Source: Eledone cirrhosa
Lineage: Eukaryota
Direction of reading: 5' to 3'
Assembly: GCA_964016885.1 (NCBI GenBank)
Contig: OZ024744.1
Span: 102,052,001 to 102,116,000 of the forward strand
Length of the DNA stretch: 64,000 bases
The translations under genes were made by a program, and so were the position numbers. Below the pieces are notes generated by a model. That model made no database searches, was not told the DNA's origin, and was given only the letters and a program-made list of their open reading frames with translations. Shown piece by piece: positions 53,438-64,000 of this stretch. The stretch's first letter is position 1, and every line of letters begins with the position of its first letter.

Positions 53438-53512
53438 CTCCTCAGAAGAGTTCTTCACTACCACCACCACAAGAAATTTTAAAGAAAGAAAAGGCAAAGA
53501 AAACTTCTGAAC
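53438..53512 (+). CDS. RRBP1: RRBP1/kinectin-like gene, internal 75-nt exon (phase 1-1)
   Basis: tttatatAG acceptor, (A)PQKSSSLPPPQEILKKEKAKKTSE, C|GTAAGA donor. In phase with the previous exon. Confidence 0.75.
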
Positions 53513-53694
53513 GTAAGAATTTTTACATTTTTTTTTTTTTGTTATAAATTTTCTGTTTAGGTTTTGTCATCGTTTTTATTTTATTTTTTCTATTATATAC
53601 TCAACTAAGAGTAAATTCTATATCTTCTACTCAACTAACATGAAATATAAATAAAGCTATAATTTTTACCAAAGTGATATTTAAACATTTTTCA

Positions 53695-53880
53695 GGTGGA
53701 TTGGCAGTATCGGTAAGGGTCGGACGCCATGCTTTGAAGCATAGAGTTACCTCCCTTTATGATCTGAGTTCAAATCCCGCCGAGGTTAACTTTGCCTTTC
53801 ATCCTTACGGGGTCGATAAAATAAAGTACCAGTAATGCACTGGAATAATTGCTGGCCTTGTGCCAAAAGTAGAAACAATT
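53695..53880 (+). mobile_element. tRNA-derived SINE (OK/Nin-like), full length
   Basis: Box A tggcagtatcgg, box B gagttcaaatcc, gcctttcatccttacggggtcgataaaataaagtaccag, and 3' ggccttgtgccaaaagtagaaacaatt. Confidence 0.9.
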
Positions 53881-53883
53881 AAT

Positions 53884-54100
53884 CTATAGATTACTAAAAG
53901 TCTGTGAATGCTTGCTTGTCTGTAATGTAATACAGCCAAAAGGGTGCATAATGGGAAGATATTTTAAAAAGAAGTTGACCCTGAAATGGGAATACAAACC
54001 ACTATCTCTTTCTCTCTATCCTTCCCTCTCTCTGTTTATGAAGGGACCCGGAAACCCACATATCTCGGGAACCCGTGCTTCGATTTACGAAGTTGTTTAT
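53884..54100 (+). mobile_element. Second copy of the 24367-24680 repeat, with its distal part inverted
   Basis: Colinear to ~53998, after which ~53999-54100 matches the reverse complement of ~24493-24597. Confidence 0.7.
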
Positions 54101-54289
54101 TATGTGGCCATGGGTTGAGAACCTCTGATTTACACTATTGATAAATCTATAACGTCCTGTATCACATGAAACCACATTCACAAAAATGTTTTATGATAAT
54201 CGAGTTCATTGCACTTTTTGAGTTCAAATCCCACTCAAATCAACTTTACCTGTGGATAAGGTACCAGTTCTGTTTTGGGATCAATTCTC

Positions 54290-57200
54290 TCTCTCTTGAC
54301 TCCACCACTACCACTGTCTACGCCACCGCCACCTACCTCTAATCCTCACACACCTCCTCTCTCTTGACACTATCACTACCACTGTCTACCTTACCACCCT
54401 CACACACCACCTCTCTCTCTTGACACGACCACTGTCTACACCACCACCATCTACCTCTAATCCTCACACACCACCTCTCTTTCTCTCTTGACACTACCAC
54501 TACCACTGTCTACATCACCACCACCTACCTCTAATCCTCACACACCTCCTCTCTCTCTCTTGACACTACCACTACCACTGTCTACACCACCTACCTCTAA
54601 TCCTCACACACCACCTCACTCTCTCTCTTGACACTACCACTACCACTGTCTACACCACCACCACCTACCTCTAATCCTCACACACCACCTCTCTCTCTCT
54701 TGACACTACCACTACCACTGTCTACATCACCACCACCTACCTCTAATCCTCACACACCACCTCTCTCTCTTGACACTACCACTACCACTGTCTACACCAC
54801 CACCACCACCTACCTCTAATCCTCACACACCTCCTCTCTCTCTCTTGACACTACCACTACCACTGTCTACACCACCACCACCTACCTCTAATCCTCACAC
54901 ACCACCTCTCTCTCTTCACACTACCACTACCACTGTCTACACCACCACCACCTACCTCTAATCCTCACACACCACCTCTCTCTCTCTTGACACTACCACT
55001 ACCACTGTCTACACCACCACCACCTACCTCTAATCCACACACACCACCTCTCTCTCTCTCTTGACACTACCACTACCACTGTCTACACCACCACCACCTA
55101 CCTCTAATCCTCACACACCACCTCTCTCTCTCTCTTGACACTACCACTACCACTGTCTACACCACCACCACCTACCTCTAATCCTCACACACCACCTCTC
55201 TCTCTTGACACTACCACTACCACTGTCTACACCACCACCACCTACCTCTAATCCTCACACACCACCTCTCTCTCTCTCTTGACACTACCACTACCACTGT
55301 CTACACCACCACCACCTACCTCTAATCCTCACACTCCTCCTCTCTCTCTCTCTCTTGACACTATCACTACCACTGTCTACACCACCACCACCTACCTCTA
55401 ATCCTCACACACCACCTCTCTCTCTCTCTTGACACTACCACTACCACTGTCTACATCACCACCACCTACCTCTAATCCTCCCACACCACCTCTCTCTCTC
55501 TTGACACTACCACTACCACTGTCTACACCACCACCACCTACCTCTAATCCTCACACACCTCCTCTCTCTCTCTCTTGACACTACCACTACCACTGTCTAC
55601 ACCACTACCACCTACCTCTAATCCTCACACACCACCTCTCTCTCTCTTGACACTACCACTACCACTGTCTACACCACCACCACCTACCTCTAATCCTCAC
55701 ACACCACCTCTCTCTCTTGACACTACCACTACCACTGTCTACACCACCACCACCTACCTCTAATCCTCACACACCTCCTCTCTCTCTTGACACTACCACT
55801 ACCACTGTCTACACCACCACCACCTACCTCTAATCCTCACACACCACCTCTCTCTCTCTCTTGACACTACCACTACCACTGTCTACACCACCACCACCTA
55901 CCTCTAATCCTCACACACCACCTCTCTCTCTCTCTTGACACTACCACTACCACTGTCTACACCACCACCACCTACCTCTAATCCTCACACACCTCCTCTC
56001 TCTCTTGACACTACCACTACCACTGTCTACACCACCACCACCTACCTCTAATCCTCACACACCACCTCTCTCTCTTGACACTACCACTACCACTGTCTAC
56101 ACCACCACCACCTACCTCTAATCCTCACACACCTCCTCTCTCTCTTGACACTACCACTACCACTGTCTACACCACCACCACCTACCTCTAATCCTCACAC
56201 ACCACCTCTCTCTCTCTCTTGACACTACCACTACCACTGTCTACACCACTACCACCTACCTCTAATCCTCACACACCACCTCTCTCTCTCTTGACACTAC
56301 CACTACCACTGTCTACACCACCACCACCTACCTCTAATCCTCACACACCTCCTCTCTCTCTTGACACTACCACTACCACTGTCTACACCACCACCTACCT
56401 CTAATCCTCACACACCACCTCTCTCTCTTGACACTACCACTACCACTGTCTACACCACCACCACCTACCTCTAATCCTCACACACCTCCTCTCTCTCTTG
56501 ACACTACCACTACCACTGTCTACACCACCACCACCTACCTCTAATCCTCACACACCACCTCTCTCTCTCTCTTGACACTACCACTACCACTGTCTACACC
56601 ACCACCACCTACCTCTAATCCTCACACACCACCTCTCTCTCTTGACACTACCACTACCACTGTCTACACCACCACCACCTACCTCTAATCCTCACACACC
56701 ACCTCACTCTCTCTCTTGACACTACCACTACCACTGTCTACACCACCACCACCTACCTCTAATCCTCACATACCACCTCCTCTCTCTTGACACTACCACT
56801 ACCACTGTCTACACCACCACCACCTACCTCTAATCCTCACACACCTCCTCTCTCTCTCTTGACACTACCACTACCACTGTCTACACCACCACCACCTACC
56901 TCTAATCCTCACACACCACCTCTCTCTCTTGACACTACCACTACCACTGTCTACACCACTACCACCTACGTCTAATCCTCACACACCACCTCTCTCTCTC
57001 TTGACACTACCACTACCACTGTCCACACCACCACCACCTACCTCTAATCCTCACACACCTCCTCTCTCTCTTGACACTACCACTACCACTGTCTACACCA
57101 CCACCACCTACCTCTAATCCTCACACACCACCTCTCTCTCTCTCTTGACACTACCACTACCACTGTCTACACCACCACCACCTACCTCTAATCCTCACAC

Positions 57201-60200
57201 ACCACCTCCTCTCTCTTGACACTACCACTACCACTGTCTACACCACCACCACCTACCTCTAATCCTCACACACCACCTCTCTCTCTTGACACTACCACTA
57301 CCACTGTCTACACCACCACCACCTACCGCTAATCCTCACACACCACCTCACTCTCTCTCTTGACACTACCACTACCACTGTCTACACCACCACCACCTAC
57401 CTCTAATCCTCACACACCACCTCCTCTCTCTTGACACTACCACTACCACTGTCTACACCACCACCACCTACCTCTAATCCTCACACACCTCCTCTCTCTC
57501 TCTTGACACTACCACTACCACTGTCTACACCACCACCACCTACCTCTAATCCTCACACACCTCCTCTCTCTCTTGACACTACCACTACCACTGTCTACAC
57601 CACCACCACCTACCTCTAATCCTCACACACCTCCTCTCTCTCTCTTGACACTACCACTACCACTGTCTACACCACCACCACCTACCTCTAATCCTCACAC
57701 ACCACCTCTCTCTCTCTTGACACTACCACTACCACTGTCTACATCACCACCACCTACCTCTAATCCTCACACACCTCCTCTCTCTCTCTTGACACTACCA
57801 CTACCACTGTCTACACCACCACCTACCTCTAATCCTCACACACCACCTCTCTCTCTCTCTTGACACTACCACTACCACTGACTACACCACCACCTACCTC
57901 TAATCCTCACACACCACCTCTCTCTCTCTCTTGACACTACCACTACCACTGTCTACACCACCACCACCTACCTCTAATCCTCACACACCTCCTCTCTCTC
58001 TCTTGACACTACCACTACCACTGTCTACACCACCACCACCTACCTCTAATCCTCACACACCTCCTCTCTCTCTCTTGACACTACCACTACCACTGTCTAC
58101 ATCACCACCACCTACCTCTAATCCTCACACACCACCTCTCTCTCTCTCTTGACACTACCACTACCACTGTTTACACCACCACCACCTACCTCTAATCCTC
58201 ACACACCTCCTCTCTCTCTCTCTTGACACTACCACTACCACTGTCTACATCACCACCATCTACCTCTAATCCTCACACACTTCCTCTCTCTCTTGACACT
58301 ACCACTACCACTGTCTACACCACCACCATCTACCTCTAATCCTCACACACCTCCTCTCTCTCTCTCTTGACACTACCACTACCACTGTCTACACCACCAC
58401 CACCTACCTCTAATCCTCACACACCTCCTCTCTCTCTCTCTTGACACTACCACTACCACTGTCTACACCACCACCTACCTCTAATCCTCACACACCTCCT
58501 CTCTCTCTTGACACTACCACTACCACTGTCTACACCACCACCACCTACCTCTAATCCTCACACACCACCTCTCTCTCTCTTGACACTACCACTACCACTG
58601 TCTACACCACCACCACCTACCTCTAATCCTCACACACCTCCTCTCTCTCTCTCTTGACACTACCACTACCACTGTCTACACCACCACCACCTACCTCTAA
58701 TCCTCACACACCACCTCTCTCTCTCTCTTACCACTACCACTGTCTACACCACCACCACCTACCTCTAATCCACACACCACCTCTCTCTCTCTCTTGACAC
58801 TACCACTACCACTGTCTACACCACCACCACCTACCTCTAATCCTCACACACCACCTCTCTCTCTCTCTCTTGACACTACCACTACCACTGTCTACACCAC
58901 CACCACCTACCTCTAATCCTCACACACCACCTCTCTCTCTCTCTCTTGACACTACCACTACCACTGTCTACACCACCACCACCTACCTCTAATCCTCACA
59001 CACCACCTCTCTCTCTCTTGACACTACCACTACCACTGTCTACACCACCACCACCTACCTCTAATCCTCACACACCTCCTCTCTCTCTCTTGACACTACC
59101 ACTACCACTGTCTACACCACCACCACCTACCTCTAATCCTCACACACCTCCTCTCTCTCTCTTGACACTACCACTACCACTGTCTACACCACCACCACCT
59201 ACCTCTAATCCTCACACACCACCTCTCTCTCTCTCTTGACACTACCACTACCACTGTCTACACCACCACCACCTACCTCTAATCCTCACACACCACCTCT
59301 CTCTCTCTCTTGACACTACCACTACCACTGTCTACACCACCACCTACCTCTAATCCTCACACACCACCTCTCTCTCTCTCTTGACACTACCACTACCACT
59401 GTCTACACCACCACCACCTACCTCTAATCCTCACACACCTCCTCTCTCTCTCTCTTGACACTACCACTACCACTGTCTACACCACCACCACCTACCTCTA
59501 ATCCTCACACACCTCCTCTCTCTCTTGACACTACCACTACCACTGTCTACACCACCACCACCTACCTCTAATCCTCACACACCTCCTCTCTCTCTTGACA
59601 CTACCACTACCACTGTCTACACCACCACCACCTACCTCTAATCCTCACACACCTCCTCTCTCTCTCTTGACACTACCACTACCACTGTCTACACCACCAC
59701 CACCTACCTCTAATCGTCACACACCTCCTCTCTCTCTCTCTCTTGACACTACCCCTACCACTACCTACACCATCACCACCTACCTCTAATCCTCACACAC
59801 CACCTCTCTCTCTCTCTCTTGACACTACCACTACCACTGTCTACACCACCACCACCTACCTCTAATCCTCACACACCACCTCTCCTCTCTCTTGACACTG
59901 CCACTACCACTGTCTACATCACCACCACCTACCTCTAATCCTCACACACCACCTCTCTCTCTTGACACTACCACTACCACTGTCTACACCACCACCACCT
60001 ACCTCTAATCCTCATACACCACCTCTCTCTCTCTTGACACTACCACTACCACTGTCTACACCACCACCACCTACCTCTAATCCTCACACACCACCTCTCT
60101 CTCTCTTGACACTACCACTACCACTGTCTACACCACCACCACCTACCTCTAATCCTCACACACCACCTCTCTCTCTCTTGACACTACCACTACCACTGTC

Positions 60201-63200
60201 TACACCACCACCACCTACCTCTAATCCTCACACACCACCTCTCTCTCTCTTGACACTACCACTACCACTGTCTACACCACCACCACCTACCTCTAATCCT
60301 CACACACCACCTCTCTCTCTCTTGACACTACCACTACCACTGTCTACACCACCACCACCTACCTCTAATCCTCACACACCACCTCTCTCTCTCTTGACAC
60401 TACCACTACCACTGTCTACACCACCACCACCTACCTCTAATCCTCACACACCACCTCTCTCTCTCTTGACACTACCACTACCACTGTCTACACCACCACC
60501 ACCTACCTCTAATCCTCACACACCACCTCTCTCTCTCTCTTGACACTACCACTACCACTGTCTACACCACCACCTACCTCTAATCCTCACACACCACCTC
60601 TCTCTCTCTCTTGACACTACCACTACCACTGTCTACACCACCACCACCTACCTCTAATCCTCACACACCTCCTCTCTCTCTCTTGACACTACCACTACCA
60701 CTGTCTACACCACCACCACCTACCTCTAATCCTCACACACCTCTCTCTTTCTCTCTTGACACTACCACTACCACTGTCTACACCACCACCACCTACCTCT
60801 AATCCTCACACACCACCTCTCTCTCTCTCTTGACACTACCACTACCACTGTCTACACCACCACCACCTACCTCTAATCCTCACACACCACCTCTCTCTCT
60901 CTTGACACTACCACTACCACTGTCTACACCACCACCACCTACCTCTAATCCTCACACACCACCTCTCTCTCTTGACACTACCACTACCACTGTCTACACC
61001 ACCACCACCTACCTCTAATCCTCACACACCACCTCTCTCTCTCTTGACACTACCACTACCACTGTCTACACCACCACCACCTACCTCTAATCCTCACACA
61101 CCACCTCTCTCTCTCTCTTGACACTACCACTACCACTGTCTACACCACCACCACCTACCTCTAATCCTCACACACCACCTCTCTCTCTCTTGACACTACC
61201 ACTACCACTGTCTACACCACCACCATCTACCTCTAATCCTCACACACCACCTCTCTCTCTCTTGACACTACCACTACCACTGTCTACATCACCACCACCT
61301 ACCTCTAATCCTCACACACCACCTCTCTCTCTCTTGACACTACCACTACCACTCTACACCACCACCACCTACCTCTAATCCTCACACACCTCCTCTCTCT
61401 CTCTTGACACTACCACTACCACTGTCTACACCACCACCACCTACCTCTAATCCTCACACACCTCCTCTCTCTCTTGACACTACCACTACCACTGTCTACA
61501 CCACCACCACCTACCTCTAATCCTCACACACCACCTCTCTCTCTCTTGACACTACCACTACCACTGTCTACACCACCACCACCTACCTCTAATCCTCACA
61601 CACCACCTCTCTCTCTCTCTTGACACTACGACTACCACTGTCTACACCACCACCACCTACCTCTAATCCTCACACACCACCTCCCTCTCTTGACACTACC
61701 ACTACCACTGTCTACACCACCACCACCTACCTCTAATCCTCACACACCTCCTCTCTCTCTCTCTTGACACTACCACTACCACTGTCTACACCACCACCTC
61801 TCTCTCTCTTGACACTACCACTACCACTGTCTACACCACCACCACCTACCTCTAATCCTCACACACCTCCTCTCTCTCTCTCTTGACACTACCACTACCA
61901 CTGTCTACACCACCACCACCTACCTCTAATCCTCACACACCACCTCTCTCTCTCTTGACACTACCACTACCACTGTCTACACCACCACCACCTACCTCTA
62001 ATCCTCACACACCACCTCTCTCTCTCTCTTGACACTACCACTACCACTGTCTACACCACCACCATCTACCTCTAATCCTCACACACCACCTCTCTCTCTC
62101 TTGACACTACCACTACCACTGTCTACACAACCACCACCTACCTCTAATCCTCACACACCACCTCCTCTCTCTCTTGACACTACCACTACCACTGTCTACA
62201 CCACCACCACCTACCTCTAATCCTCACACACCACCTCTCTCTCTCTTGACACTACCACTACCACTGTCTACACCACCACCACCTACCTCTAATCCTCACA
62301 CACCTCCTCTCTCTCTCTCTTGACACTACCACTACCACTGTCTACACCACCACCACCTACCTCTAATCCTCACACACCACCTCTCTCTCTCTCTTACCAC
62401 TACCACTGTCTACACCACCACCACCTACCTCTAATCCACACACCACCTCTCTCTCTCTCTTGACACTACCACTACCACTGTCTACACCACCACCACCTAC
62501 CTCTAATCCTCACACACCACCTCTCTCTCTCTCTCTTGACACTACCACTACCACTGTCTACACCACCACCACCTACCTCTAATCCTCACACACCACCTCT
62601 CTCTCTCTCTCTTGACACTACCACTACCACTGTCTACACCACCACCACCTACCTCTAATCCTCACACACCACCTCTCTCTCTCTTGACACTACCACTACC
62701 ACTGTCTACACCACCACCACCTACCTCTAATCCTCACACACCTCCTCTCTCTCTCTTGACACTACCACTACCACTGTCTACACCACCACCACCTACCTCT
62801 AATCCTCACACACCTCCTCTCTCTCTCTTGACACTACCACTACCACTGTCTACACCACCACCACCTACCTCTAATCGTCACACACCTCCTCTCTCTCTCT
62901 CTCTTGACACTACCCCTACCACTACCTACACCATCACCACCTACCTCTAATCCTCACACACCACCTCTCTCTCTCTCTCTTGACACTACCACTACCACTG
63001 TCTACACCACCACCACCTACCTCTAATCCTCACACACCACCTCTCCTCTCTCTTGACACTACCACTACCACTGTCTACATCACCACCACCTACCTCTAAT
63101 CCTCACACACCACCTCTCTCTCTTGACACTACCACTACCACTGTCTACACCACCACCACCTACCTCTAATCCTCATACACCACCTCTCTCTCTCTTGACA

Positions 63201-64000
63201 CTACCACTACCACTGTCTACACCACCACCACCTACCTCTAATCCTCACACACCACCTCTCTCTCTCTTGACACTACCACTACCACTGTCTACACCACCAC
63301 CACCTACCTCTAATCCTCACACACCACCTCTCTCTCTCTTGACACTACCACTACCACTGTCTACACCACCACCACCTACCTCTAATCCTCACACACCACC
63401 TCTCTCTCTCTTGACACTACCACTACCACTGTCTACACCACCACCACCTACCTCTAATCCTCACACACCACCTCTCTCTCTCTTGACACTACCACTACCA
63501 CTGTCTACACCACCACCACCTACCTCTAATCCTCACACACCACCTCTCTCTCTCTTGACACTACCACTACCACTGTCTACACCACCACCACCTACCTCTA
63601 ATCCTCACACACCACCTCTCTCTCTCTTGACACTACCACTACCACTGTCTACACCACCACCACCTACCTCTAATCCTCACACACCACCTCTCTCTCTCTC
63701 TTGACACTACCACTACCACTGTCTACACCACCACCTACCTCTAATCCTCACACACCACCTCTCTCTCTCTCTTGACACTACCACTACCACTGTCTACACC
63801 ACCACCACCTACCTCTAATCCTCACACACCTCCTCTCTCTCTCTTGACACTACCACTACCACTGTCTACACCACCACCACCTACCTCTAATCCTCACACA
63901 CCTCTCTCTTTCTCTCTTGACACTACCACTACCACTGTCTACACCACCACCACCTACCTCTAATCCTCACACACCACCTCTCTCTCTCTCTTGACACTAC
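54290..64000. repeat. Large minisatellite array, ~72-bp unit (70-76 bp through a variable (CT)n), >130 copies; runs off the right edge
   Basis: Unit ttgacactaccactaccactgtctacaccaccaccacctacctctaatcctcacacaccacc(tc)n. Identical ORF translations at 59962..60543 = 63123..63704 and 60611..60802 = 63772..63963. Confidence 0.98.

Noticed and set aside
53695-53780. tRNA gene candidates (box A/box B)
   Set aside because: They do not form a cloverleaf and continue into SINE body sequence, so they are SINE heads.
54628-63963. Pro/Thr-rich extensin- or mucin-like ORFs
   Set aside because: They are translations of the 72-bp unit. The frame is repeatedly broken by 2-bp (CT)n changes and the starts are TTG.

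Overview
Repeat-rich animal genomic DNA. The SINE/LINE families and the (TA)n/(CA)n/(CAT)n microsatellite landscape fit a coleoid cephalopod (Octopus-like); this is inferred, not tested. The window is bracketed by two large strand-asymmetric tandem arrays: a ~17 kb array of a ~15-bp ACACACAGACACAAA unit (1-~16997) and a ~9.7 kb array of a ~72-bp unit (~54290-64000). Both show kb-scale higher-order duplications. In the middle is a head-to-head gene pair about 1 kb apart: the first coding exon of enolase-phosphatase E1 (ENOPH1, minus strand), and a ribosome-binding protein 1/kinectin-like gene (plus strand; a 667-nt first coding exon plus two 75-nt phase-1 exons). The rest is nested, decayed mobile DNA: several RTE LINEs, an R4/Dong-type and a CRE-type restriction-endonuclease LINE, a CR1-like 3' end, tRNA-derived SINEs, an RTE-tailed SINE-like family, piggyBac/pogo/hAT MITEs and Helitron-like pieces. 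The most notable non-coding signals are two type I hammerhead ribozyme motifs in (TA)n-embedded small elements (34547-34628 plus, within a 478-bp partial tandem, retrozyme/Penelope-like; 38098-38157 minus) and a ~120-nt hairpin whose stem mismatches all become G-U pairs on the ENOPH1 sense strand. Nearly all long ORFs in the ORF track that lie in the two arrays are repeat artefacts.
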